A stretch of DNA of 64,000 bases from Eledone cirrhosa. Taxonomy: Eukaryota. Below are positions 39,046 through 53,838 of the stretch, piece by piece. The number at the start of each line of letters is the position of its first letter. The first letter of the stretch is position 1. The position numbers and the translations under genes were made by a program. The stretch is taken from contig OZ024743.1 of NCBI GenBank assembly GCA_964016885.1, positions 147,436,001 to 147,500,000 of the forward strand, read 5' to 3'. Under the pieces are notes generated by a model. The model searched no databases and had not been told where the DNA came from. It saw only the letters and a list, made by a program, of their open reading frames with translations.

Positions 39046-39899
39046 AGTAAATATATGCTCCGCTTGATGTTTGATTTATCAACATTAGATCTTTGCCAAA
39101 ACACGCGAATGGTTTTGGGGAAGACGGTTAGATTGTTCTGGAATATCGGCAATGGAAATAGGCAGTGAAGTAACGACTACCCCTTGTTTGATCATTCGAT
39201 TTAACAGGATCAATAACCCTCCGAAATGATCGTAAAACAATGAAGTATTCTTAACCTATATCTGAGTTTTGTTTTGTTTTCATTGTTAAAATTCCACGTA
39301 TTCTTTAATAACTCTGTAGCCTGTTTACATTCTTCGAAGATACCCTATACAAACATTAAAACTCTAAAACCATTACCTAGGTCAAAGGTTCTCAACAGGG
39401 GGCATAGATACAATTGGTCGAAAACGCAATACCAACTAATTATAGCAGCTGTTTTGACCCCAGAGATTTTGTATTACTTTTTACTACCCAATTCTATAAT
39501 TTTATAAATTTTTTATTTATTTAGTATCTTCTATTCTCAACTTATTAACCTATTCTATAGCAATGGCCGAAAACGCAATACCAACTAAATATAGCAACTG
39601 TTTTAGACTCTAGATATTTTTTATCACTTCTTACTATCCAATTTTATATTTTTATATATTTTCTTCTTATTTATTTATTATCTTCTAATCTCAATTGATT
39701 TACCTTCTATTTTCTCCAGAATCCTTTTTCGCCTGCTTCCTCTAGCCTAGTTTCATATACAATCCTTAGAATTTGCTGTATAGAATTCACTTTCAACGCT
39801 TGACCGGCTCCACCCACTCCCTCATTGTTCTACAGGCAAGTTCAGCCACCACCGCCTCCCACCCACTGCCATGATAGACTTAATTGTATTTACAAGAAA

Positions 39900-40055
39900 T
39901 TTTGACCAATCCTCTTGACAACTACAATCTTTCCATATAAGGAATTACCACTTGAAATGTTCGGCTATTTATTTACCACACTAAAGATTCTAATTTAGTC
40001 CAGAAATAGCCGTCGAAACGGCTTGAGCTCTGCCTTTTGGGTCAAATATTTTCCT
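39900..40055 (+). mobile_element. Diverged copy of the family H pLTR-like fragment
   Basis: Reverse-complement similarity to 11573-11725 (gaccaatcct, cggctat, tagccgtcgaaacggcttgagctc); ends at (TA)n. Confidence 0.55.
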
Positions 40056-40382
40056 ATATATATATATCCTACTATGACTACGACCACTAACAACAACAAC
40101 AACAACAACAATAATAATAATAATAATAAAAGTGATGTTGATGGTGATGATTACTAGAAAATGCTATTTTCATCATTTCTAAAAATAGCAAAACAGTTGA
40201 TGCTTTGGATAGGGTCAAATAGTAGTCGTTAGACATGCTCAACCAACCGTGACGCCTAAACCAATCAGCTTTATTAATCCAGTGAAACTACACACCGATT
40301 GGTCGAAATACAGTTTGCAAGATTTAGCATTCTGGAGACACTTTTCCCTGTATATAAGAATTTACCCATCTCATTACAGTTG

Positions 40383-40572
40383 AAAATTGCAAACTTGATT
40401 GTCACCACACATTATGAACCTGAAGATTGCGAAAGCATGAAAGTACTTGTTCAATTAACACTTAACATTTAATATTCTACCATACTATTTCATTCTAATA
40501 CCATTATAAATTTTAAAGGATTGTAAATAAAACGAGTAAATCAGACAAAGTTGGAATTCCTTTTATTAATAT
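40383..40572 (+). mobile_element. Solo arm of family B, with intact HHR at 40415-40453
   Basis: Closely matches 11258-11447 with scattered substitutions, while the HHR itself is unchanged; ends at (TA)n. Confidence 0.8.
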
Positions 40573-41122
40573 ATATATATATGAAACTTTGATTTTATAC
40601 CTAATTGTGTATGGTTGACGATATATTTAATCGATTTCCACGTGCTATTAGAAATGCTGGGTAAATATTCTACAGCTGTTGATCGCGGATAGATAGCTGT
40701 CGTTTATTTATCTATTGTTTCTTCATAGGTGCCTTTTAATCTTATAGCCTTGTTTAATTGATTTTTTGTGTGGTTGATTATGCTGATTGGGAGAGGAAAA
40801 AATGTATATATTTTATCAAATTATTCTATGGACATACTTTATTGTATATATATATATATATATATAATACACACACACACACGTACACAGACATACACAT
40901 ATATATATATATATATTTTTTCTTTTTTCAGTCTGGTCTACCTCTGGATAGAACTCAATGTAATCTTGTAAAATCCATAGAGAAGTTCTGTGTTTCGCTG
41001 AATTAATTCTTTAGATACACAGTCAGATATTAAGTATGAATCTACCAACTACAACGCTGCATTGAGTTTTATCAACATTATTTTCCCCGCCTTAAATAGC
41101 TGAATACCAATTGCATATAATA

Positions 41123-41312
41123 AATTGTTTCTACGTTTGGCACAAGGCCAGCAATTACCCAGAGCATCACTGGTACTTTATTTTATCGACCCCGTAAGGA
41201 TGAAAGGCAAAGTTAACCTCGGCGGGATTTGAACTCAGAATGACAAGGGCCGTAACTCTATACGTCAAAGCATAGCGTCCGACCCTCTACCGATACTGCC
41301 AATCCACGCCCT
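41123..41312 (-). mobile_element. Full-length SINE with TSD
   Basis: TSD ttgYatataataaat at 41111 and 41312. Confidence 0.88.
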
Positions 41313-42098
41313 TGTATATAATAAATGAAAAATAACTATATTAGATTTTGCGCATTTTTGACTGACTAAATGATTCTTCCGTAATATAACTGCATCAGTT
41401 ATAGTACGCAGTCTCAGATAAATTCGATTTATCTGAACTAAACAAGTACGACATATTTATTGCATATTCAGAAGTCCATAGGAGAGTTGAGTTCAGCTCT
41501 ACAAGTTATCAAAGCAAACGTCGTCAATGATAGATGCAGGTCACTTACTGAGTCATTATTCATTTAGTGTTTCATCGGATGGAACATTTAGCAATTAAAT
41601 GTAATTATCAGTGAAAACAAATCATTGCGACTGTTGGAAGGCGAAACCGCGATGTTTTTGATAGAAAAGATGTAGACAGACAGAGTGATACACCGTTAAA
41701 TTAACATGAAGGAAACCAGTACAGACTACTCGTTAGTATCCTATTTTAAGGTTTGAAACTATTGCAAGCATGTGACCAAGTAAAACCTCCAGAGTAAAGT
41801 TTTATGACAAATGACAAATAGAAAAAAATAATTATGATCTGAAATCTGTCATCACCTTTTTATGAAGTCCATTTCATCTAAACTCCAGAGAAAAACCACC
41901 TGATTCTACAATTTTTTTGTTCTTTCTTTTCCCTTCTCTCTTTAATTTTCAATTTTTGTCTCTTATTTTTTCACCTTTAAAAATTGTTGTTCGTCTTATT
42001 TTTTCCATTTTTTCAATTTCTCTTTCGGTCTGCCTCATAATTTTTTCTTTTTACTAAATATTCTTGATTTCATCTTTCAATGGTTGTATTCTTTCTTT

Positions 42099-42138
<40 letters not shown>

Positions 42139-44961
42139 TCCTTTTTCGTTATTTATTTGTTTATTTATTTATTTATGTATCCATTTATTTATTTAATATT
42201 AACTTAAATATAGTGGGTTGAAACAAATAGGAAAATACCATACAACGTTTAGTTACAATTCTCTGTATGAAGTGATGCTGTTATTAGGATTATACAATGA
42301 TAATTTTAATCGTATATAGTTCCCGCTGTAAATCATGTTAATTTTTCTCTTTTTCATTTTAATTTTCACCATAGGATATTAATTCTTTCATTCTCTCATC
42401 CCCCCACCCTCTCTCTCTCTTGTTTTCGTAAACAGAAAACAGTAAAATATTGTCCATTTAAACCCTTTCTTAGTTTCGCTTTTCATCCTTGCTCGTTTTT
42501 TTTTGTTCAAAAGGAACCGGTGTGCTGTCAGTTGTTGGACATAGTCATCACGACCTTTAATGAGTACGCCATAATGTGAAAACTTCTTCCATGGAACCTT
42601 CAACATGGGACCTTCAACATAGCCGATTCCGAGTGCTCGAGAGAGATAGACAAAGAGAATGGGATAAAGGAAGGAGAGAGATAAACTGAAATAGAGGAAG
42701 AGAGGGGGAAAAGGGATCGAGAAACAGACCCAGTAATTGACTGGTATTTTATCAACAAAAAAAAAAATAAAGGACAAAGTCAACAACGGTGGGATCTGAA
42801 CCCAGAATACTCTAGCAAATAAAAGTCATTCTATCTGACCCTCTAATAATGTGCCAATCTGCCACCGCTTATCAAGCATATCTATAGTAAGAAGGTAATC
42901 AATCAATCGTATGACTAAATATTGTTGTTTAGATTCAGGTCAGTTCTGAACGAGTTCAGCTATTTAGAAAGACGGCTCAACAGTGATAATTAAATATTTT
43001 TGAGACATGAATACACTATAAAGTGTTGCCAGTTTTGATTTCAAGATGGTCGAGCGATCACATATCGATACCTTCGTTGGTTCATACAAGATGTAATCCA
43101 CAAATACAGTGTTTCAGTTATACAGAAAAGAATATGCCTCTTACTTAGTAAGGTCCACACTGTCTGTTGACTATCAGAGATATATGTTACAAATCGTACA
43201 TGTATTTCCATCATTGTCTAGTCTGTTCTACTATGTCTGTTGTTTCTGTGAAGCTCTATGATAAATAGCTAGCCAATCGTGAGCAACCCGTCTCTTTAAA
43301 GAATAATACTAAATATTTTGTCCAATGTGATAGTACAGTGTGATTTGAATAATTGTATTGCGTTTAAGCGACAAAGTAAATGATTTCTTTCTTGCTGGCT
43401 GTATCCCATTAGGTGCTGGTAGTGATAAGTTCGAAGGTTGAAAACGGGATCTCAGAGAGTAACAGCTGTTGTGCTTTATCTCTGATGGTTTGATTCCAAG
43501 TACAGTGTGGCTATTAAGATTATTGATGTAACTGATATTTGTGTGTTTTATAAAGTGAATGGAAGGAATTATATTTTAAATGACAGCGATCCTTGTATTG
43601 CTATTCTACTCTACATTGTCATTGTGACATGATAGATACATTGGCCAGCCAGAATTTTCTGCTGTTGTTGTTGGGTAGTCACAGATAAGACTTGATTGAC
43701 AAAATCTTTTACAAACATTTTCCCTCCGTGTCCATCCCTGTTTCTTTCAGATAAAGTATAGATAGAACTAACGTATACAGTGTGTTATCCTTTTTTTAGA
43801 TATTAGTGTACAATGCCGGAGAATTGGCTTCTGTTTTTAGCATATCGATGAACAGCGTAGAGATTACCCTGTTGGTGCAATGTTTAAATGTTTTTAGGGA
43901 GGTGTTTAATATTTTCTTTACAAGAGAGTAACTAACATATTTGCTGATGTCGCTGTTGTCTGTTGGATAGAATGAAGCCGTTATATAACCTTTGTCTAAG
44001 ATTTGTGACTAGTTTAGAGGTTAGGTGTGATAGTCTGAATCCATATTTCAATTTGGAAATACGTATGTTTGATTTCCCGAGCGAATTATTATTCCTTTAG
44101 TAGTTTCCTTTAGTGTTTTTATTCTGGTGTCAGGTAGATGAAAGGTATGAAGGCTTCGTGATTTTTAGTATTGCGTCTCTCTGTCTCTCTGTTTGCCTCA
44201 TGTTTTCTTTTTCTTTTTCCTTTTTTATGTTTTTAGGACTGATTTTGGGAAAAGAGCTTACTGCAGGATTTTTAACGGTTATTCGTGAAGGAGAAAAACA
44301 GGTCAGAATAATTGAAAATTCATTCAATGGCCATGTGGTAGCGTTAAACCGAATGAGTGATAGAATGCCGCAATTGGACTTGAACTCAAAATGTAAAGAG
44401 CCACAAAATACAAAATACAAGGTTCCGCTATTCTACATCCCTAAAATGGTGCTTTATTCATCAACCCTAGAAGAATGAAATGCAAAATTGTTATCAGTGA
44501 GATTAGAACACAAAATGCAAAAATCTAGAATAATTGCCGAAGGAAACCGTCGCCTTGGGTGCGTATATTACTTGAAGCAGTTATTGTGACATATGATGTG
44601 GTTTTGTCATTACTGGAATTATTGCTGCTAAAGATAACTAAACACTGCAGGGCATTTATTACGCTACAATTCTTTTCCTAGTACCATGCCACTTTACAAT
44701 TTACATATATTAAAATATATTGAAGTCTGCCGTCTAGAAAATTGTGTTTCGAAACTTTATTTCGCGAAGGAACACATCTAACAACATATATACCGTAATT
44801 TTGGCTGGTCTTTTCCTTTGTGTTATTACAACTTATTTTCTATTTATTATTAGAGTCGTTGTTATTGCTATTATTTTCCTTATTACAACTATTCCTATAG
44901 AAAAATATCCCCTTCTCATTGTCATCAGCACCTTCATAATCATTTTTTTTTCTTTCCTTCT

Positions 44962-44998
<37 letters not shown>

Positions 44999-45098
44999 CC
45001 TTCTTCTTCTTCTTCTTCTTCTTCTTCTTCTTCTTCTTCTTCTTCTTCTTCTTCTTCTTCTTCTTCTTCTTCTTCTTCTTCTTCTTCTTCTTCTTCTT

Positions 45099-45129
<31 letters not shown>

Positions 45130-46181
45130 ACGATACATGGATTCATAGCGCATTTGCACTAAACAGTTAATTCTTTTCGTTTCTGATCATATCCCTATAA
45201 GGTGTCAGATACTCTGAAAATACCACCAGATGCATACTGATGTTCTGGACAAAAACAATACATTTATTTAACTAATTTGTTTGGGTTGTAAGAATCAAAA
45301 CAGCAGGAATTTGAGACAAGTTTCGTGTTATAGTTTATACTACATTACATGTTATTGAGTATGTACATTGTATCACGAACTAGAACCTAAATATTTAGGT
45401 TCCAATTTATGTTGAGATGCGTTTCACATTACTATAGCTTAGTGGCAGACGGATTGCAAGGTTCTAAGACTGGTGGCAGAACTGCATGAAAAACCTAGAT
45501 ATCATGTGTCATCAATTGAGTTCCGCTAAATGTATTCAAAGTCTAGGTTTTGGTGGCAAACCATGTGATGGATTAAGTCTATCACTCTTACATGAAATAG
45601 ATTGTGTAACGAGGTAGACGCTCAAGCGTCATACCTAATATCCATGATATAAGAAGTGGCAACTAGGATGCATGGGCTAGTGTTACATTCCCTCTTTAGC
45701 ACCGAACGAACTGTCAAATGCATATATTCACTAAGAGTCAGAGTTCATAAGCAACCTCAGACAAATATAAGCTGACACACTCGCGTATACACACACGCAC
45801 GAACATACACAGTAGCCTCTTGAATAAATTCACGGACCAATTCACAACACCTATCATCTAACGATAACCACTATGGACAAACAAACACAATTACAATTTT
45901 GTTTACCTCCATCATTACCTCTCCAGAAACATAGTCACATTTTCATTATATTTTCCAAAATGGCTGAATGACAACATGCATTTCTCTCCCCTCTACTCTT
46001 TTCTCTGTTTTTCTTCTACTGATGCCTGCCTTCCTCTTTATTTTTGTCTACAAAACATTCTCTCTTTTCTCTATGGGAAACGTTCTGATACTTTTCGACT
46101 ACATCCAGCGTTAAACTATTATATACTCAATGTACTCTATTTGTGCTGTTTTGTTTTTCCTTGTTGACTGACTGTTCGTAC

Positions 46182-46218
<37 letters not shown>

Positions 46219-46356
46219 ATTATATGTGTGTGTGTGTATGTATGTATGTATGTATGTATGTATGTATGTATGTATGTATGTATGTATGTATGTATATAAA
46301 CAAATATATATATATATATGTACACACACATACATATATATATATAAATATATGTG

Positions 46357-46411
<55 letters not shown>

Positions 46412-47516
46412 AGTGTGTGTGTGTGTGTATATATATGTATATCATCAATATTTGATTGCGTTGGGTTTGGAAGGGGCTTGTGTATGTTGTCGCTTAGTAA
46501 AATTTGGATAAATAAGACCCACATTGCTATTGTCACCATCCATGCTCACTCTCACAAAAACAATTATTCAATCAAGAAATTTAAAAGCAATATATTTAAA
46601 AATTATAGATAAATGTTTAGCAGCAACAAAAACAAGAGAAACAAACAAACAAACAAATAAACAAAAACACAAACAAAAAGAAAATATAGTTTAAAAATAA
46701 AAACATCAAATAAAATAAAAGATAATTCAGCTTGGAGCAAAGAATAACGAAAAGAATAGCTGGCAGACATGTTTCCAATAGTTTTTCTTCTGGAAGGCAA
46801 ACTGAAATTTAATTGTTTTACGTGAATTGTTATTGTATTTGTACTTGTTATTGTTGATGATGATGACGACTATAATGAGGGTGATAATGACAATGATGAC
46901 GACAATGATGATGATAATGATGATGATAATGATTACAACAATACCAATGACGGTGATGTTGAATCTATTGATGCAGTGGGGTTGTTTGTTGTTTACATCT
47001 ATTTAGAATTGTATGGCACTGGGTTTATTGCTATTGTTATGTATTGTTGTTGCTACTCTTATTCACGTTTATTTATATGTATTTAGAAATGCATATTTCC
47101 ATATTGTATACAAATTAGTATTGATCAATAAAGCTGATGAAAGCACTTTTTTCTTTGTGCTATTATTATTCATGCACTAGTTGTTAGTGTTATTTTATTA
47201 TTGCTATTATTATTGTCCCCTACATGTCGGCCCTTGTGGCTAATAAATGAAATCATTATTGTTATTTTGTTCACTTTGCTTTTCATCCTTACGGAGTCGA
47301 TAAAATAAAATACCAGTAATGCACTGGGTATTTTGCTGGCCTTGTGCCAATAGTAGAAACAATTATTATTATTATAATTATTATTATTATTATTATTGTT
47401 ATTGTTGTTGTTGTTGTTGTTCTTGTTCTTGTTATTGTTGTTATTATTATTATTTATACATTATACATACATTCACACTCAGACACACATACAAACAAAC
47501 GCATATATATCTATAT

Positions 47517-47607
<91 letters not shown>

Positions 47608-48288
47608 GACCCTGTTCCTGGTATTTCAAGCGTTAAACTAATATATTCCTTCCATATACTGTACCTATTGTGTTGTTACTTCTGTTTACCTTTTACATAT
47701 ATATATATACATATATATACATATATTTCATTTCGTTGAGTTTGGAAGCAACCGATAAACACTAAAGCACCAGTGAACCACTGGGTTCGATTCAATCGAC
47801 TTTCCCCACCCATAAATGTGTTGGTCTCGTGCCTAAATCCGAAACCATTATCATTATCTTTGTTTTTGTGTCTTTGGAGAGGTGGTTCGCATCGCTTCTG
47901 TAAGTTTGTTCTATTTTCCAAGTTATTTAACATATTCTATTCAACATTTGCTACTCTTATGTAGTTAAGCTAACCAGTATCTTCATGAACTTCTTAGTTT
48001 ATTTCTACCGGCAGACGTTAGGGGTTAAAACGAGCTTTGTTTATTAAATACGCCCCTCAATATGTGTTAAAAAATGAAAGATGGCGGACGAAGAATGTTC
48101 GTCTGTTTAAAACAAGTTCCAGCTATCCGCAAGACACAAGAGCAAAATTGTAAAAACCCGTGACGGTAGAAGCCAGAACAGTAACAACAAAAGAAGCAGA
48201 AGAAACACCACCAATGGCGACAACTACAAAAACAACAATAGCGGCAATGGCAACGACAATAGCATCTACAACAACAACAGCGGCAACA

Positions 48289-48472
48289 ATAATTGTTTCT
48301 ACTTTTGGCACAAGGCCGACAATTATCTCAGTGTATTACTGGTGTTTTATTTCATCGACCTCGTAAGGATGAAAGGCAAAGTTAACCTTGGCAGGATTTG
48401 AACTCAGACCATAAAGGGCCGTAACTCTTTGCAGCAAAGCTTGGTATCAGACCCTCTACCGATACTGCCAAT
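48289..48472 (-). mobile_element. SINE copy
   Basis: Same family body; a partial plus-strand copy is at 47272-47365. Confidence 0.8.
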
Positions 48473-48599
48473 CTAGCAGCAACAATAATGACAAGAAAAG
48501 GAGCAGCAATAATGACAACAACAACAGCTGCCACATCAACAACAGCAATACCACAAACAACAAACCCACGACAATATGAAAACATACAACACGAAAAGA

Positions 48600-49110
48600 C
48601 AAAGGAAATCAAGTTCCTCGGTAACTTCTTAAGGGAATATGAAACGGAAAGCCTGTGGGTTTGCAGATCTGCACCAGGAGAGCCAAATCCATGCCATTTA
48701 ACAGTGTCGTCGGATGTGAGACGGACCAAGCAGTGAAGTTGCTCGGGTCTGGCTTGGTTCAGATTTCCAGAAGGATAAGAACTAGGTGGCCACTCTTACC
48801 CAAGAAATGGACCGAGAGGAAGCTGTACCTGAGAGGTCGCGCAGACGTGGTGAACGCATACATTGCGGCTCTCATCTATTACCGCATAACCGTCGTGCTT
48901 TTCATACCTCACCATACTGGAGTTCTTGCAAAGGGACAGGTTCCAATAGTGAGGAGGCACATCTGCTGCCAGCTCCCCCTACATTAAGGGCTGGGCATGC
49001 CGTGGCTGATGATGCACAGACATCCGCTGAGGCTATGGCATCTCCAGATACTACTAAACGGTGAAAGGTGTGGTTGCCGTTTGTGAGATGGGTCTTCCCG
49101 CAGATCGTCT
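48600..49110 (+). mobile_element. Degenerate Tx1/L1-type LINE fragment
   Basis: KWTERKLYLRGRADVVNAYIAALIYYR; homologous to 1-370. Confidence 0.75.
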
Positions 49111-49766
49111 CATTGATTGCTCTAGCTATATGCTAAATATATTGCTCTTTCTCACTTAATTTGTGATGCTACATCTGACAGTCTCGAAATTTTGCTGTTC
49201 CATTTTGTGGATAGCCCACTTATCAATTCAATGAAGGAATTTTAGTTTTCCGCCATGTCTAATTTTTAAAAATGCGCGCGTGTTTGTGGAAAGAATCTCA
49301 AAAACGTAGGCCTCAAGTGAGCTACAGGGAAACCAACAACCCCAAGAAGATGGTTGGCCCAGCTACAAGGCTATATAACGTTCAAACAAAAATATTTTAA
49401 TAACACGTTAATAAACAATGAATGTACTTCGCCGATGTGTACCACGTCTCGAGAGACTCAACAACAATAACAATAATAATAATACAAATTCTCCCCTTAA
49501 TCCAAATAATTCTCCTCCCAATGAAGGAAATGTAATTCATCCAATGTCTCTGAATGATTAAAATTGTTTTTTGAGTTCCAAAACCAATGGTCGGGGAACT
49601 GTATAATTAAAACCGACTTATATTAGCCAGTCTAGGTAATATCCCCGCAACTTGATATTTTGTCATAAGTTTATTATATTTTATTACTTCTCTGAGTAGA
49701 TAATTTATTAATATATCTTATCTTTTCATTGAGATGTCTACATATTAGAGACAGTTAATTCTCTCT

Positions 49767-49845
<79 letters not shown>

Positions 49846-50065
49846 CTCGCTCTCTCTCTCTCTCCCTCTCTCTCTCTCCCTCTCTCTCTCTCTCTCGATC
49901 TCTCTTTTCCCGCTATTTCAAGCATTAAACTAATATATGTCTTCAATGTATTGTGTCGTGTGCTCTGTTGCTTTGTTTGTAATTTCTATTTACCGTTTAC
50001 ACAAACACACTCACATACGCACACACACACACATACACCGCACCCCCCATATATATATATATATA

Positions 50066-50104
<39 letters not shown>

Positions 50105-50226
50105 GCCGTATCACATATCAAAAACGCAAATTTATTCCTTTGTTAAGTTGTAGATATAAAGTTGTTCATATCATGACCGAAATATGGAAGAATCATTTAC
50201 GCCCTCACAAACACAATCACCCACCT

Positions 50227-50259
<33 letters not shown>

Positions 50260-50370
50260 TACAAACATATGGTTGTATGTTTTGTACATTCAAATAATAA
50301 TAAATTCATAAATATGTTCGTTCATATACACGTATGTGATTTACCTAATCACATTCAAGCAGGAACATTC

Positions 50371-50418
<48 letters not shown>

Positions 50419-50431
50419 TGTGTGTGTGTAA

Positions 50432-50475
<44 letters not shown>

Positions 50476-51406
50476 AAAGAGTATGTGCAAATAGATATGT
50501 ACACAGATCTCATGACCAGTGGAATGTGGTTTAGGCAGAGAAGATACGTTCTAGGTAATGTTAGGTTAGGTGACGAAGAATCTGGTGTGAGGACGAGTAT
50601 CTTTACCTCACCCACAACAACAACAACTACTACTACTACTGCTGCTGCAGATCATAACACAATGTTCCACTTGTGTTTTTACTACAGTTCGGCCGCGCTC
50701 TCAAGCATATTATCTTCATATTTCAAAAATGAAACTACAAAATACTCTGAATCAAAAGAAAATAGAAAAAAAAATGTTTTTTTTTTGCGTTATGGTCGGT
50801 TAAACGTGCGCCAGGTTGAATTTAAGAACCCAATGTACCAGCCTTCGAAGATATGATTGTGTTGCAATTCTAAAATAAACACAATTTGTGTAATTTAGTA
50901 ACTTTACTTGTGAATTTATTTATTTACAGGATCAGATAACATTTTGAAATAAGAAGCTTCTTTTTTTTTTTCAAATGGGAACACTACCTTCTTAAGTAAG
51001 ATAGTTGCATTCAACAATTTAGTCTCTAATATACACAAAGACTGAAAAAAGACAGAAAAAAAATGATTATCGAGTAATCTTTCGACATAGATTTACAAAA
51101 TTCGGGCTAACCTGGTGTTAACATTTTTCAACTGCAAGCCTTCAAGCGAGCTAACTAGAAATCGTTTATACAGTCATATGTCCCTCAAATCACATTTTAC
51201 CATCTTGAAAAAAGGAAGCAGTAAATTATGAAATTTTTTTATATATATTATGACGATGGAATAGTCATAAGTAGAACACGTTTGACATAAATCTATTCGA
51301 TGAAAGCTGGGCTGGACCTATTAATCTATCAACAATGTTAGCATCATCACCATATAAAAGAAAATCAGACGAACTTTAACAACAATATAACAGCAACAAC
51401 AATAGC

Positions 51407-51501
<95 letters not shown>

Positions 51502-52048
51502 TGGACAGCATAATGTTACTCAAATGACCTTCTAGAAATAGCGGCCAAATCTCTTGGCTAACACACATTTCCCGTCTCCCTTGCCGTCGACCGGGGAAAC
51601 GCCTTCTCCATTCTGTCCGTCGGGGGTGTGGGTGGGCTCCATCGCATACCGTTGTAGTTGTTGTATACAGATATTAACTCATCAATCCCATTGTCCTAAT
51701 AATATATATATATATATATATATTTAAATGTTTTAACTAAACGCATTCAGTTATTTTCTCAATAAATCATCAGTATTAAAGGAAGGATATATTGGATGAA
51801 TTAGTCCTCAATATTTCATTCATGAAAACAAAGCTATATCATCATCCTCATCATTCTTCGACTACTGTCGAGATGATGGATCTCACTCTCATGCCCCAGA
51901 ACTCCCTGTCCCCCATATAGTGCGGTTCCCTGAGGAACAGGAACCCTGGTGCAGTCAGTTGCGAAATCCATCATCTTTTCAAATAGCTAATAATGTGTGT
52001 GGGCGCCACTACTACACACATGTGAAAGAATTTGACAAAGCTATATAG

Positions 52049-52214
52049 AGTAGACAATAGTAGACAATAGTACTGACAATAGTAGACAATAGTAGACAAT
52101 AGTAGACAATAGTACTGACAATAGTAGACAATAGTAGACAATAGTAGACAATAGTACTGACAATAGTAGACAATAGTAGACAATAGTACTGACAATAGTA
52201 GACAATAGTACTGA
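52049..52214. repeat. Minisatellite (tagacaatag / tactgacaatag)
   Basis: Mixed 10- and 12-bp units. Confidence 0.9.
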
Positions 52215-52308
52215 TCAATCATTTGTGAGCATGAGACTGGATAATTTTATAAGTATAGATAAGGGGAATAGTGACCATTATTGTTCGCGTTCTATCAAGA
52301 AGTGCGAT

Positions 52309-53547
52309 ATTATAACATAAATGGTGCGGTGGATTGGCAGTATCGGTAGAGGGTCGGACGCTATGCTTTCACGCATAGAGTTACGCCCCTTTGCAGTCTG
52401 AGTTCAAATCTCGCCGAGGTTAACTTTGCCTTACATCCTTACGGGGCCGATAAAATAATGTACCAGTAATGCACTCGGATAAATTGCTGGCCTTGTGCCA
52501 AAAGTAGAAACAATTATAACATAAATGGTGCGGTGGATTGGCAGTATCGGTAGAGGGTCGGACGCCATGCTTTCACGCATAGAGTTACGCGCCTTCGCAG
52601 TCTGGGTTCAAATCTCGCCGAGGTTAACTTTGCCTTACATCCTTACGGGGCCGATAAAATAATGTACCAGTAATGCACTCGGATAAATTGCTGGCCTTGT
52701 GCCAAAAGTAGAAACAATTATAACATAAATGGTGCGGTGGATTGGCAGTATCGGTAGAGGGTCGGACGCTATGCTTTCACGCATAGAGTTACGCCCCTTT
52801 GCAGTCTGAGTTCAAATCTCGCCGAGGTTAACTTTGCCTTACATCCTTACGGGGCCGATAAAATAATGTACCAGTAATGCACTCGGATAAATTGCTGGCC
52901 TTGTGCCAAAAGTAGAAACAATTATAACATAAATGGTGCGGTGGATTGGCAGTATCGGTAGAGGGTCGGACGTCATGCTTTCACGCATAGAGTTACGCGC
53001 CTTTGCAGTCTGAGTTCAAATCTCGCCGAGGTTAACTTTGCCTTACATCCTTACGGGGCCGATAAAATAATGTACCAGTAATGCACTCGGATAAATTGCT
53101 GGCCTTGTGCCAAAAGTAGAAACAATTATAACATAAATGGTGCGGTGGATTGGCAGTATCGGTAGAGGGTCGGACGCCATGCTTTCACGCATAGAGTTAC
53201 GCGCCTTCGCAGTCTGGGTTCAAATCTCGCCGAGGTTAACTTTGCCTTACATCCTTACGGGGCCGATAAAATAATGTACCAGTAATGCACTCGGATAAAT
53301 TGCTGGCCTTGTGCCAAAAGTAGAAACAATTATAACATAAATGGTGCGGTGGATTGGCAGTATCGGTAGAGGGTCGGACGTCATGCTTTCACGCATAGAG
53401 TTACGCGCCTTTGCAGTCTGGGTTCAAATCTCGCCGAGGTTAACTTTGCCTTACATCCTTACGGGGCCGATAAAATAATGTACCAGTAATGCACTCGGAT
53501 AAATTGCTGGCCTTGTGCCCAAAGTAGAAACAATTATAACATAAATG
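52309..53547 (+). repeat. Tandem array of six full-length SINEs (204 bp period)
   Basis: Unit starts at 52323, 52527, 52731, 52935, 53139 and 53343. The 15-mer attataacataaatg occurs seven times. Confidence 0.95.
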
Positions 53548-53758
53548 AAGTGAATTAATTTCGAATCGAAATCTTATTGCTGACTTGATTTGTTGGTAGT
53601 TTACCTATGGACTCTATGGTGTTCACCATAAATTTCAAGTACAGTGGAAACTACGACAATGACAATGTCAACAATAACAACCATAATATGAACATCATCA
53701 ACAACGATAACAAAAACAACAATAACAATAGTCAAACAGACACGTGCATGAACACAAG

Positions 53759-53838
<80 letters not shown>

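Noticed and set aside
49951-50856. 301-aa ORF
   Set aside because: Runs through several microsatellites, with no domain or codon signal.
52309-53547. CRISPR-like or tRNA-gene array
   Set aside because: Units are near-identical with no unique spacers and match a dispersed SINE; no cloverleaf is evident.
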